Notes under the pieces: model-generated
The model's database searches: none
What the model saw: the letters and a program-made list of their open reading frames with translations, nothing else
What the model was told of the DNA's origin: nothing
Shown here: positions 16,001 to 24,632 of the stretch, one piece after another
Position numbering within the stretch: position 1 is the stretch's first letter
Layout of the letters: every line of letters starts with the position of its first letter
Virus record (IMG/VR): IMGVR_UViG_3300012953_000215
Span: 1-24,632 of that record
DNA length: 24,632 nt
Reading direction: 5' to 3' (one strand)
Origin: a virus
Taxonomy: Duplodnaviria > Caudoviricetes
Translations under genes and position numbers: made by a program

Positions 16001-19000
16001 GGATTAGTTGTTAAACCTGCTAAGTTAAATTTGACAATTGCCTCTACACCTGATATGTAATCTTCAACTTCAAAGAATTGATAATTATAATTTTCTGAAT
16101 TAAATCCATCACCTAAAGTTGTTACTGTAGATATACCTCCTTGTGTTGCTCCAACACCAGTTTCACCCAATTGTTGTATACCTTCAACAAAAATTTCATC
16201 ACCTATCACGAAAGGTTGAGGATCTACAAAACCATTAAATGGTGTTTCAAGATAACATGTTACTACTCCAGAATTACTAGTTTCAATAGAATTTATACCC
16301 ACACCATTTGAGTTATTAATTGAAATAATTTGATGATTAATTGAATCTAATCCAGATACAGGTGCTAATACTTTAACTTCAGATATAGTTTGATTTGGAG
16401 TAATCGCAACTAAAGATGAATTATCAACAAGAGTATTGGTAATTGGATTGAATACTAGTAAATCTGGTGCGTTAATATAATCAGATCCTCCACTAACAAT
16501 TTCAATAGATTCAATAACATCAAGATTATCAATTTCTAATACAGGTGAAACGAGTGCTTCTGGACTTAGTGTTTTATCAGAAGCATATTCATAACCAATA
16601 TCAATAATTCTTACATCTTTAATTCTTCCAATTGTTTTTGATTCTGAAGTGATATTTGCATTGACACCATTATCACTTGTTATTGACTTGAATTTTGGTA
16701 ATTTTTTATAATTATATCCTGATGATAATATTTTAAAGTTCTTAATTGTGCCCTTTACTAAGGTAGACTTTGTTGAGTATTCTAATTTTTCACACTCAGA
16801 ATTTAAATAAGTTGTAAATTCTGGCATTTTAGGTGATATATTGAATTTATCTGTAGTGACTCCTGATATTCTATATTCCCCTGAATATATGCTATCTACA
16901 AAAATAATTTCATTTCCATTTACAACATCTGTATCTGATGTGCTGATATATCCACCTTTTGATATTCCATAATGCAGAATGTCAGGAGTTGATGTAGAGA
17001 AATTAACTGTTAAAGCAGCACCTACTGTGCCAGTTGTTCCTGATGCAAGTAAATTAAAATTAGTTGAATCTTGTGAACTGAAATATTGATTAGTTAGATT
17101 TTTATCATAAAAAACTTTAAATTCATATCCTGATAATGATGAATCTGCTAAATTAAAAGTTAACTTAGAATTTTTGTAAGATTTGATTTTAGGATTAATT
17201 AAAGATACAGATTGATTTGATCCACCAGTATTAGCAGTTATTGATATAATTTTAGGAGGAGTGGAGTATAGGTCATTAGATGTTTCTGCTAATTGAAAAT
17301 ACCTATCATTAATTCTGTTTACAAAATATGATCCCTCACTTAAACCTGTAGCAGAACCTTGATAGAAAATTTTGTCTCCTGTAATTAACCCATGTTTATC
17401 AATATCAATACGATTAGTTTCAACATCAGCAGCAGCAAATGTCACTGAGTTTAATAATAATTTTTGATATTCTGAATTAAATTTAACTGTTATTGGTGTT
17501 GTTGTTCCAATACCTACTGCAAGATTTGGCACAACATTCATTTTTACAATATCTGAATTTTGCAATCCATGAGTTGAAGTATTAGCTGCAGCAACATTTG
17601 TGCTAACAATTGTTGTAACTTTATCAAGGTCTCCAGTGATTTGTTCAAATTGTGAACTTAGGAAATATGATCCTGATCCAATTCCTGATTGTGTTCCGTT
17701 GGAGTGGAAAAATAAACCTTCACTTGTACTTCCAATACCAACTTTTGTTGTCAATAAACCAACGAAATTTTGACCTTTATCTACAATATAAACATCCATA
17801 GATTGACCAGTTAATGGTATCTGGAAAGTTTGCACTTCTCCATTATCTGAAACTCCAAATTTAGCAGATCCTGTTCTCTTATTCAACGATACTTTTTGAC
17901 CAGTCTTAAATGGGTGATTTGGTATGTGTATAGTTCTAGTTGGAATGGATAAACTCTCTTTAAGATCACCTACCCAATAATCAACACTTATACCGCCACC
18001 AGCAGTTGTTCCTACACCAACAGATTGTTTTCCATTAAAATACGCAAGATCATTTAGTTTTGAGTCAAATTTTTGAGTTTTAACAGGTATAGTAACTGAA
18101 GTATTAAGAACATCAACATTTGATCCTAATGTATGTGCAATACCAGTATGTCTTAAAACACGTATTATTCTTCTTTGATTATATAAACCTAAAACTCTTA
18201 AAACTTCAGTATCCGTTGTATTACCTGATCCAACTCTTAGTGATCCTCCGATAGATATTGTATTTGGAATATTTGTAACAACAATATCCTCAAATTTACC
18301 AGCAACAGATCCAGTTGTCATTGATTTTGCAAGACCTATTCTATCAGTTTTTACACCAACATTAAATGATCCTGTTAAATTAACAATTGTAGTACTAAGT
18401 CCAGATATTGATATTGAATCCTGATCATTCATCTCCATAAATGGGAAATTAGTTGCAACCACTTCATTATTATTTTTCCAAACAAAAGAAATATCCTCAA
18501 ATCTTTCAAGTGAAGTATCAAGTCTACTAATATCAATACCAACTATTTCACTAACTTCTGCACTAAATCCAGATCCATTTGTGCCTTCATTATCAAAATT
18601 AGTTACATCACCTACTTTATATCCAGTTCCACCTTCTAAAATAACAATATCATCAACTGTTCCTTGACTTACTGATTGCACTTCGGTTGATTGTCTTATA
18701 GTTTCATTAGATTCAATTATAAAGTCATTATCACCAAATTTTTCATCTATGTTATGAGGTAGTGTATTTCTAAGTAAATTGGAACTATTAAAGTCAAAAT
18801 CATGATCTAACAATAAATTATCGTTAATTAATGGTGATCTAAAACTTTTACCAATAAAATATGGATATTTTTCCTCTAATTTATTAGTTTGTGCTCCTAA
18901 TCCTACTGAAGCAAAGTAAGCGTAAATTCCATTTGGAAATTCTGGTGTTTTACAAAATCTACCATTATGAATATCTAAATCCCCAGATGCATTAAAAGTA

Positions 19001-22000
19001 TAATCTTCAATAAAGAAACCTGCATCAAAACCACTTGGTCTATTAAGTAAATTAGAACTGTTTAAGATATAAGATGAATTTACTATTTTAAGATCTGAAT
19101 TTATATTATTTGGATCAGAATAACCAAATGGACCATAGATTGGATTTCCATCATATGCCCATCCTATAATTGGGGAATGTGATGTTATCTGATTAAATTC
19201 ACCATTATCACTAGTACTGAAAGATTCTTCAAGAGTTTTAGCAATTTGTTGAGAATAACCAAATACACCGAAGGTTAAAGAATCTTCTCTTGAAGTAAGA
19301 CTAAAATTACCAAATCTTTTTGTTCCATTTACAGTTAGTGGTCTAATCCTTCCACTTAAAATTGCATTAGATCCTCTTGGTGTTATTTTTGCTAATGTTG
19401 AGAAACTACTATAACCAATACCAGAATTAATTACGATTGTACTAATAACCTTACCATTTTCAATTACTGGTCTGATTTTTGCTCCAGTTCCAAATGTGTC
19501 AGTTATTTCTATATCAGGTAAAGAATTATAATTTTTTCCTTTATTAACGACAGATACTTCTTCAATTCTTCCCTCAGAAATTACGGGTTTTAATGCTGCA
19601 CCATTTCCGTTTTTAATTTTTATAGTTGGTTCAATATGGTGATTTAGTATTTTTGATCCATAATCAGTTCCATTTTCATATAGATATGCCTCAGTAATTT
19701 CACCAGTTACAATAGGAGTTAAAGTGATATTACCAGTAACGGTTGATGAATAAGAAACATTAATATCTACAGATATATCAGGATATTTAAATATATGATA
19801 TCCTACACCAACAGATGTTAAATTAACAAATTTATTTCTGTCATAATCTGAGGTTGATGTTCCACCAACACCAGCATTTGCCAATTTAAATGAGTCATCA
19901 TCAATTTTTTTGATTATGTAAGAGTCGGTAATATTTAATCCACCAATATAATCATTATTAGGTTGCTCTCCACCTCCCGCTAATTTAAGAGTATTTGAAT
20001 AATTAACTATCTCTCCACTTTCAAAACCATGATTTACAAAATTAATTGTGTCATATGAGGTTGATATTCCAGATGGTGCCTCAACTCTTAGTTTTCGATG
20101 AGTATATCCTTCTCCAGGATTAATAATCTTAACTGAAAATAGAGTATTTACACTCTCAGTTCTAAATTTATGATTACCACCTGAAACTGTATCTGTTGCT
20201 AAACCAACAGTATTAACTCCCACTGCTCCATCTTCACTAAAAAGTGCCTCTGATTTAGAATTAAACAATCTAACTGTTGATGGATTGATTATTCTTACAA
20301 AATATGGATCACCATCTGATAAAGCACCAGTTATATTTTGTGTCCCATCAAATGCTGTTCCTGTAGCAATTGGAGGATTACCATTACTATTATAATAAAT
20401 TAATTGTCCATTCTCAAGATTATGATTTTTCTTAAATGTGATTGTTTCTTCAGTAGTATCAATTCCACCTCCGAAAAATATATTTCTACTATCAAAATTA
20501 AGAGTTCTATATCTAATACCCACAACAGGGTTTAATTTACATCCCGATCCATTACCACCAGTTAATGAAATACTATTGACTGCTTCAATATCAAATTCTT
20601 GCGGATCAACAATAATTTCTTTTACATTACCTTTGATAACTGGTTCAACTAAAGCTTTTGTACCAGTGATACTAGATACATCTATTACAGGAGGATTTAT
20701 CACATCGTAATTATCACCTGAATTTAGTACGTCAATTGATTCTAGAGGTCCAAAGAAAATATTATCATCGGATATTGGTGATCTTATTTGTACACCGTCC
20801 CTTAGTATACCAATATCATTTACTGGTGATTCATGTTTAGAAGAAACAAATAAATTTTGAGATAAAGGAATTTTTCTTAAAATTTTATCAGAAGTTAATT
20901 TTTTATTAGCTTGTGTTTTTAATGTAAAATTATGATCTAATGATCCTGTTGTACCTATACCTATTTGTACTGTAGATGCAGTTCCAACTTGACTTAGTGA
21001 TTCGTATAATGCAACTTTAGTTATATTTTGATTTTGAATAATTATTGGATCAATATAGTAAGTTCTGCCAGATTCAATCCCAGATAAAGTTTCAATTGAT
21101 GATCCCTTAAAGTCAGGGATATATGTAACTGCATCTCCCTGAATAAATTTTAAACTCTGGTTTGCTTCAAGTGGAAAATTAATAAAACTATAAGTTTCAG
21201 TTAGAGTATTATAACCCTCAAGACTTAATGAAGATGTTGCAGCTGAAACCTTATTGACAGTAATATCATAATTTGGAAGTGAATTAGATGCTACATATCC
21301 ATCAACATCAGAATCTGTATACACATTAAGAACATCTGTTATTATTGTATTATTTCCAGTTTCTATTTCAACTCCCGAACTTGATGCAGTTTCAATTATT
21401 CTACGAATATCATACGATTCGTTTGAATCTTGAACAAAACCAGCTATACCTAATGCTGTAAACTGATTTAAATTTTCATCAATACTACCTACTTGACCAG
21501 TTATTTCAACAACCTGCTCACCTCTTCTTAAAATTTGGAATAAGTCACCTTTTTTTAATTTAGATTTATCAATTTTAGTTCTTAATGAAAAAGTTGTTCC
21601 TGAAATATCAACTTCAAATCTTGAACTTGTATTATATTTCCAAGAATTTGCAAATTTTTCTTTATATGTACTGTTATCATTTTCTATTTTTTCCCCTACA
21701 TTTTTAACAAATATTAATTCACCTTCATTTACTAAATTTACATCACTAACTGTTTCAAATTCGGATAAAACACCTGTAATACGTAAATCAACTCTCTTAG
21801 ATAAATCTCCATTTTCATACCCAAATATTGTTTCATTATCTCTAATATCATCTGCAGTTCCTATACCAACACCAACTCCTGTGCAACCAAAAAATTGATT
21901 TATAGATTTTGATGTATAATTTATTATATTTTGTCCACTTAAAATTGTTCCAGTGGTTCCAAATCCCACTGTGGAATCAACTGAAATAATTGAAGATCCT

Positions 22001-22980
22001 GTAGGAGTTTCAGTTAAAACTTTTGTTTTACCAGGTATTGTAAATATACCCTCAATAAGATCACGATCACTAAAACCTATGAATAATGATATTTTATAAT
22101 AAATTTTATTATTTCTCTGTAATATTTCAACTTCAGATACTGATGCATTTGTATTGAGATCAGTTGATTTAAATATTGTTTGACCTACTAAATCTTGAGG
22201 ATTACCTGTTTCAGTTATTAAATCCGCAACAATTACTTCTCTTCTAATAAACTCAGCGTCTGATGGTTTTACTAAATTTCCTTCTAAATCTAAAACTCTT
22301 GACTCAACACCATACAATACTTTAAATAGAATTTTTATTGACTCCTCAATACCTTTTGATTGATAGAATGATCGAGAAAATTTAATAAAATTACCAACAT
22401 CTAAATTTGATGCAAAATCATTATTATCAAATCCTGGTAAAAATGTCTTTTTTAATTTTTTAAAGAATTCTTGTAAAAATAAAACAGATAAGTTTGTAAC
22501 TGACGTGCCTGATGTATGATCTGAAGCAGTAGTATCCTCAAAAATTAATTTTTCACGATTAATTTCAAGAAGTGATGATGATACTCCAACATTATATCCA
22601 GAAACACCACTAAAACCACGAATACACCCAGTAAAAGATGTTGATGTAATTCCAGTATACGAAATAATTTCATCATTAATTTTTAATAATCCATACTCTG
22701 ACGGAAAACCTCTTGTGCTTGAAACTGATATTGTTGTATCAGAAGAAGTTATAGATGATGTTATACTAGTAACACCTACAATTACTTCTGGAACTAAATT
22801 ATCTGATTTTAAGTATTGATCAAAATTAGTTATTAGATCAATTGGACCACCTTGAAATTCTTGTGATAAGTAATATTGTTTAAAGAATTCACTTGCATTA
22901 GGAAAATCTGCTACGACAAATTCAGGTAACTGATTTTCAATAATCGTATTTACTTTTATTCTCTTGTCAATTTGAGACAT
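10069..22980 (-). CDS. gp7: Giant baseplate wedge initiator gp7-like protein (4303 aa)
   Basis: Located between gp6 and gp8. Has N-terminal QLPEFV...FFKQYY, FYQSKGIEESIKILFKVLYG (~22310-22368) and DNDYYQNLSY...LVHPSG (~15547-15645) wedge-core motifs, interspersed with many repeated beta-rich modules. Confidence 0.85.
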   Translation of the reverse strand: MSQIDKRIKVNTIIENQLPEFVVADFPNASEFFKQYYLSQEFQGGPIDLITNFDQYLKSDNLVPEVIVGVTSITSSITSSDTTISVSSTRGFPSEYGLLKINDEIISYTGITSTSFTGCIRGFSGVSGYNVGVSSSLLEINREKLIFEDTTASDHTSGTSVTNLSVLFLQEFFKKLKKTFLPGFDNNDFASNLDVGNFIKFSRSFYQSKGIEESIKILFKVLYGVESRVLDLEGNLVKPSDAEFIRREVIVADLITETGNPQDLVGQTIFKSTDLNTNASVSEVEILQRNNKIYYKISLFIGFSDRDLIEGIFTIPGKTKVLTETPTGSSIISVDSTVGFGTTGTILSGQNIINYTSKSINQFFGCTGVGVGIGTADDIRDNETIFGYENGDLSKRVDLRITGVLSEFETVSDVNLVNEGELIFVKNVGEKIENDNSTYKEKFANSWKYNTSSRFEVDISGTTFSLRTKIDKSKLKKGDLFQILRRGEQVVEITGQVGSIDENLNQFTALGIAGFVQDSNESYDIRRIIETASSSGVEIETGNNTIITDVLNVYTDSDVDGYVASNSLPNYDITVNKVSAATSSLSLEGYNTLTETYSFINFPLEANQSLKFIQGDAVTYIPDFKGSSIETLSGIESGRTYYIDPIIIQNQNITKVALYESLSQVGTASTVQIGIGTTGSLDHNFTLKTQANKKLTSDKILRKIPLSQNLFVSSKHESPVNDIGILRDGVQIRSPISDDNIFFGPLESIDVLNSGDNYDVINPPVIDVSSITGTKALVEPVIKGNVKEIIVDPQEFDIEAVNSISLTGGNGSGCKLNPVVGIRYRTLNFDSRNIFFGGGIDTTEETITFKKNHNLENGQLIYYNSNGNPPIATGTAFDGTQNITGALSDGDPYFVRIINPSTVRLFNSKSEALFSEDGAVGVNTVGLATDTVSGGNHKFRTESVNTLFSVKIINPGEGYTHRKLRVEAPSGISTSYDTINFVNHGFESGEIVNYSNTLKLAGGGEQPNNDYIGGLNITDSYIIKKIDDDSFKLANAGVGGTSTSDYDRNKFVNLTSVGVGYHIFKYPDISVDINVSYSSTVTGNITLTPIVTGEITEAYLYENGTDYGSKILNHHIEPTIKIKNGNGAALKPVISEGRIEEVSVVNKGKNYNSLPDIEITDTFGTGAKIRPVIENGKVISTIVINSGIGYSSFSTLAKITPRGSNAILSGRIRPLTVNGTKRFGNFSLTSREDSLTFGVFGYSQQIAKTLEESFSTSDNGEFNQITSHSPIIGWAYDGNPIYGPFGYSDPNNINSDLKIVNSSYILNSSNLLNRPSGFDAGFFIEDYTFNASGDLDIHNGRFCKTPEFPNGIYAYFASVGLGAQTNKLEEKYPYFIGKSFRSPLINDNLLLDHDFDFNSSNLLRNTLPHNIDEKFGDNDFIIESNETIRQSTEVQSVSQGTVDDIVILEGGTGYKVGDVTNFDNEGTNGSGFSAEVSEIVGIDISRLDTSLERFEDISFVWKNNNEVVATNFPFMEMNDQDSISISGLSTTIVNLTGSFNVGVKTDRIGLAKSMTTGSVAGKFEDIVVTNIPNTISIGGSLRVGSGNTTDTEVLRVLGLYNQRRIIRVLRHTGIAHTLGSNVDVLNTSVTIPVKTQKFDSKLNDLAYFNGKQSVGVGTTAGGGISVDYWVGDLKESLSIPTRTIHIPNHPFKTGQKVSLNKRTGSAKFGVSDNGEVQTFQIPLTGQSMDVYIVDKGQNFVGLLTTKVGIGSTSEGLFFHSNGTQSGIGSGSYFLSSQFEQITGDLDKVTTIVSTNVAAANTSTHGLQNSDIVKMNVVPNLAVGIGTTTPITVKFNSEYQKLLLNSVTFAAADVETNRIDIDKHGLITGDKIFYQGSATGLSEGSYFVNRINDRYFQLAETSNDLYSTPPKIISITANTGGSNQSVSLINPKIKSYKNSKLTFNLADSSLSGYEFKVFYDKNLTNQYFSSQDSTNFNLLASGTTGTVGAALTVNFSTSTPDILHYGISKGGYISTSDTDVVNGNEIIFVDSIYSGEYRISGVTTDKFNISPKMPEFTTYLNSECEKLEYSTKSTLVKGTIKNFKILSSGYNYKKLPKFKSITSDNGVNANITSESKTIGRIKDVRIIDIGYEYASDKTLSPEALVSPVLEIDNLDVIESIEIVSGGSDYINAPDLLVFNPITNTLVDNSSLVAITPNQTISEVKVLAPVSGLDSINHQIISINNSNGVGINSIETSNSGVVTCYLETPFNGFVDPQPFVIGDEIFVEGIQQLGETGVGATQGGISTVTTLGDGFNSENYNYQFFEVEDYISGVEAIVKFNLAGLTTNPGIAKTFQSGYAVLVNKNKYPDIRPIQTRGVFQLNENLAVDSELTDLRIVEIRDDFIKVDGKFNLKLNDRITGKVSGITATVTKINGNKAKFKVDFSNRKEYGWIDDIGKLNTDYQVIPDNDYYQNLSYTVKSTIAWEKFVNPVNRLVHPSGLKNFADTSIESQVNVGIGTTAKTNDTITLDVLNILELNDSQRVDAINNFDFSLDYDSRVNKSKFLELSNKTLSDFTRCKTNRVLIHDDVSNLFSSTGFQSNDSLIESLIEDYGNYLIQIVDPDTFDTQFSELIVLTTEDDAFLLEKSKDFTTTKLGDFSTEILESGIKNLIFDPIEEFTKDHDIKVLKIDFNTDLVGINTNSIGNIDLTGLVSIASSASSGVVTSTIAEFPKTDFNGLYANIFVQDSLTKEINYNEIIVDFDGTDTTVSQAYFDSKKGLSNSAVGIITARFENDLIKIQCENSSVNQLDIRSNIVGLGTTTAGIGTHRFSVAGQPSGAERSLRLESGYVTGTASTITYNTINKTVDSTVKSLVRVSCGKTSAIHQVITIRDADDVLTVQYPFVSSGSTTGIGTFGGEIVGNDINLRFYPDSEFNSLIEVQSYNQIFYTENDFGNTPPNLNYGPVSQQLFLTSYDGKDGKRADKKEFELKYEGIPIYSKTFDPTNAGILSTTTGIFTIPDHFFNTGEELTYTPSSTFIGIAATAVSIGATANMAGIVTTILPSTVFAKITDKNNFRLFTRPEYVTSGSAVTFTGTGAGNAHKLSMSKGLTKTLIGLDGVVQQPVTFTRITHTLDGNIGAATSQFVMSGISSVQPSDILKIDDEFMTITEVGFSSISGGKINDATDVALGLATLPTVRVERGQLGISASTHADNASVKVHRGSFNIVDSKVIFTNPPKGNTRSRRNETNLPFVKADFSGRTFLRSNYTTNMLFDDLSDSFTGIGKTYNLTVGGANTSSGIGVGNGVLFINGVFQTPLTTNNVGNNYEFISDTTAGISTVQFTGITSENGQFIISNSDINQNQVPRGGLIVSLGSTTGLGYAPLQGAKVKAFKNTAGGLTSIVGIGTSSGFNLGVQTAVYSNTTGIITVTTNEVHGFGLERPNTVKLKNLEFSCVGYSGVTTTFFQDHERGLFVVGIVSDRTFEVQAGPSTIVHTYQGGGVAYEFFEDLTFGSGYRGGSVAIGVTDQAYVHRFVSAGIGSIRKSNFAGTQYTATDAVYTSHTGTLLLTIPSHGLTTSDTVGIDTGGLVFKCSKDNFFSDHPYPRSVSKTSFPNSDPIAGIQTSIISVTTDTILLNVGAGGGAGTGAEISAIVGAGGTLAFTIDNAGSGYVNPEIIIPEPNYDNLPVIGISRLGVGPTTDTGSNLLLDVEVSAASTTVGIGSTLFEISNFKVARDGHSFKVGDKFKPVGLITASHLSSPINEFELEVIEIFNDKFSAWQFGEIDFIDSIKNLQDGSRLRFPLYFNGQLLSFEKDDQNVDSQQIDLDAVLLIFVNGVLQKPGESYFFQGGTTFVFKEAPTGETFIGANDDDKVDIFFYKGQDGVDVDIVDVQETVKIGDQLRVMKSPLSGITTSQQNERVIKEILSADLVETDIYSGRGVDEINEKPVRWTKQKTDIIVGNEVISKSRSSIEPQVYPTAKIIGNFSVTSGIGAGTNDGIFVDDVNSFFYEVGNHIEAQRHVESLSAIKYNISINAVDALVSSGEISVGAAATAIVSAAGTISSINVTSGGSGYSGTVDIGISAPSGVEKFVGIGTTATATATVTNGSISNSDIDILNPGLGYTFTNPPSVVIGLPEFQTEKITSIDNVQGFSGIITGIAPTTNGGQTAIKFFFRAEKAGTNTNDLAVGYPILISDTRVGNGVVSVDTANASVVGIGTTFLDNIYIVHARNPQGNENGEIICNVQNGSSLSGITTTGFYNVSTVGLTTSLGRLSWGRLYNASRDSSPISIGVTGFTVNSGLTTFPTIQRKHYSTSSLKGLRSSGAIRVFGL
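18845..19180 (-). other. YHYH-family-like subdomain within gp7
   Basis: HSPIIGWAYDGNPIYGPFGY...GDLDIHNGRFCKTPEFPNGIYAYF...YPYFIG resembles the C-terminal half of the YHYH domain. Recognised by eye. Confidence 0.65.
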
Positions 22981-22983
22981 ATA

Positions 22984-24632
22984 TTATTTCCTCTCTAAAT
23001 CTCCATTTGAGTAACTAGAGGTATAATAATCTCTCGTAAATATGATACCTGATACATCTTCTCCAGAAGCGATTACATCCTTAACGATATTTATTGTACT
23101 TTTAGAAACGTCAAAATTAAGATACAAATCTTTCAGACCTACAACATCATTCGATTCGGGAAATGCCTGAATTTCAATAATATTATTTTGGGCAGATGTA
23201 GATGTAATATTAATAGTATTGAGTATAACTTCACCTTTTTTATAATCAACAACTCCAGCTTCTTTAACTAAAACAATTTGTTGATCTTTTTCATTGTTAT
23301 AAACCACACTTATTGTGCCTTTCATACTACCATCTAAATTTCCAGCAGAATTTTTATTTGGAACATCTGTTAAAAATACAGTTTCAGTTGATCCCGTAAT
23401 TGTAAATCCTGTACTTTTTATATTAAATCCAGCAGAATTAATGTTAAAACGATTCCCAAAACACAATTCATATTGAGCAAATTGATTTAACAATGCTTTG
23501 AGATCTCTTCTGATTATGACCTTAGTGATATTAGACGTAATTCCATTGTCAACTCTATCAATTAGAGTATTCAATTTACTATACTTTAATCTTCCACCAA
23601 ATTTATTAATTTCAATATTACTTCCATATTGATCTAACGAACTTATAATTTTTGTCTTTAAATTTTGTTCTGAAGAAATCTGTGATGGGTTATAATAAAC
23701 TGTTGAATTCAGTTCTACATATAGTATCTTAAGATCAACAATTTCAGAATTAATACCAGCCACAGCGTAACTCTTCAATTTGTTTTTAATTTGTGTTTTA
23801 TCAAAATCAGATACATATGTACCATTTTTAGGTTTAATACTTATTTTAACTTTTCCAAATTCAGGTGGATCTAACTCCTCACCACCTATAACCGAAACTG
23901 ATTCAGTTTTAGGAAAAATATCACGAATTATTGCTTCATAATCTCTTGGTGTAACTGCTCTATATTGTGCTGAATAGAGTCTTGGAGCAAAGTACTTAAT
24001 AGAAGACACATCTTCAACTTCAGCACCGTTAGAAGCGTTTGTAACGGTAGATACAGTAATATTATCTGATGGAGTAAAAAGAGTTCCATCATTTTTAGTA
24101 AATGTACCTTGGAAACTAAAATTAGATGCACCATTTCCAGTTGCACCATCAGTAACAATATATCTGGCAGTGATTACAGAACCATTTTCTAATTTTTTAC
24201 CAAATAAACCATCACCAAATAATATTTCATATTTTTCATCTTGAACTTCTTGTGCAAGGAATATTTCTGAAGTTTTATCAATATTTAAAATATTATCAAT
24301 CATTCTAAATTGTCTTCCGAGACCAGAATCAGAGGTACCTGCAACAAATACCCTCAAAGTTGAACTATCAATATTTGGACTATCAATTATAAATCTCTGA
24401 TCAATCGAATTGTTAACAACATATACTCTTGATAAAAATGTCCCTTCATACACTGTTATTGGGTCATCAAATTGTGCAAATGAAGTACCGCCTACATCTT
24501 TAATTCTTGAAGATGTAATATTGTCTGGTAAAGAAAAACGATATGTGGTATTTTCAGCACTTCCTACACAAACAAGTCCTGATTGAAGGGTTAAGAAGTT
24601 TGGAGTGGCATCACTTGTTGTTCCGACATTTA
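22984..24632 (-). CDS. gp6: Baseplate wedge subunit gp6 (5'-truncated by window edge)
   Basis: Motifs YEILFGDGLFGKKL, SIKYFAPRLYSAQYRAVTPRDYEAII, GGEELDPPEFGKVKISIKP and GVVDYKKGEV. The frame stays open upstream of the track's GTG at 24453 (…NVGTTSDATPNFLTLQSGLVCVG…DDPITVYEG), so the true start is outside the window. Confidence 0.93.
   Translation of the reverse strand, partial: NVGTTSDATPNFLTLQSGLVCVGSAENTTYRFSLPDNITSSRIKDVGGTSFAQFDDPITVYEGTFLSRVYVVNNSIDQRFIIDSPNIDSSTLRVFVAGTSDSGLGRQFRMIDNILNIDKTSEIFLAQEVQDEKYEILFGDGLFGKKLENGSVITARYIVTDGATGNGASNFSFQGTFTKNDGTLFTPSDNITVSTVTNASNGAEVEDVSSIKYFAPRLYSAQYRAVTPRDYEAIIRDIFPKTESVSVIGGEELDPPEFGKVKISIKPKNGTYVSDFDKTQIKNKLKSYAVAGINSEIVDLKILYVELNSTVYYNPSQISSEQNLKTKIISSLDQYGSNIEINKFGGRLKYSKLNTLIDRVDNGITSNITKVIIRRDLKALLNQFAQYELCFGNRFNINSAGFNIKSTGFTITGSTETVFLTDVPNKNSAGNLDGSMKGTISVVYNNEKDQQIVLVKEAGVVDYKKGEVILNTINITSTSAQNNIIEIQAFPESNDVVGLKDLYLNFDVSKSTINIVKDVIASGEDVSGIIFTRDYYTSSYSNGDLERK

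Noticed and set aside
141-20710. All plus-strand ORFs in the track (60-96 aa)
   Set aside because: They are antisense shadows of long, motif-supported minus-strand genes, with no recognisable motifs or expression signals.
934-22980. Inteins, introns, homing endonucleases or DGR variable/template repeats in the giant ORFs
   Set aside because: I saw no intein splice motifs, LAGLIDADG/HNH/GIY-YIG signatures, reverse transcriptase or near-identical long DNA repeats. Repeats are detectable only at protein level. A self dot-plot would confirm this.
23928-24158. 76-aa alternative-frame ORF inside gp6
   Set aside because: Its Leu/Gln/Met-rich composition is typical of an off-frame reading of an AT-rich gene, and it has no independent support.
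24451-24453. GTG start assigned to gp6 by the ORF track
   Set aside because: The frame is open to the window edge and the gp6 N-terminal region is missing, so this is an internal Val codon.
1-24632. Stop-codon reassignment
   Set aside because: Very long ORFs read through in the standard code, and TAA, TGA and TAG are all used as apparent gene ends.

Overview
AT-rich (roughly 30% GC by eye) segment of a T4-like marine myovirus, most resembling cyanomyoviruses of Prochlorococcus/Synechococcus. All credible genes are on the minus strand and form a late structural cluster. In order: baseplate wedge gp6 (5' end outside the window), a giant 4303-aa gp7-like wedge initiator, gp8, a 2498-aa VrlC/DUF4815-like virion protein, four small ORFs, and the first 41 codons of a tail-fiber-like gene. 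Both sizeable intergenic gaps carry a perfect T4 late promoter (TATAAATA). The most notable observation is two tandem, translationally coupled, lysine-rich mini-genes (797-934, missed by the ORF track, and 594-800). Both start with MKTFKxFxE, matching the capsid-targeting leader of T4 internal proteins, so they may be a cassette of head-packaged, injected effectors inserted in the baseplate/fiber operon. No RNA genes, CRISPR arrays, mobile elements or inteins were recognised. Family assignments come from recalled motifs and gene order, not from database searches.
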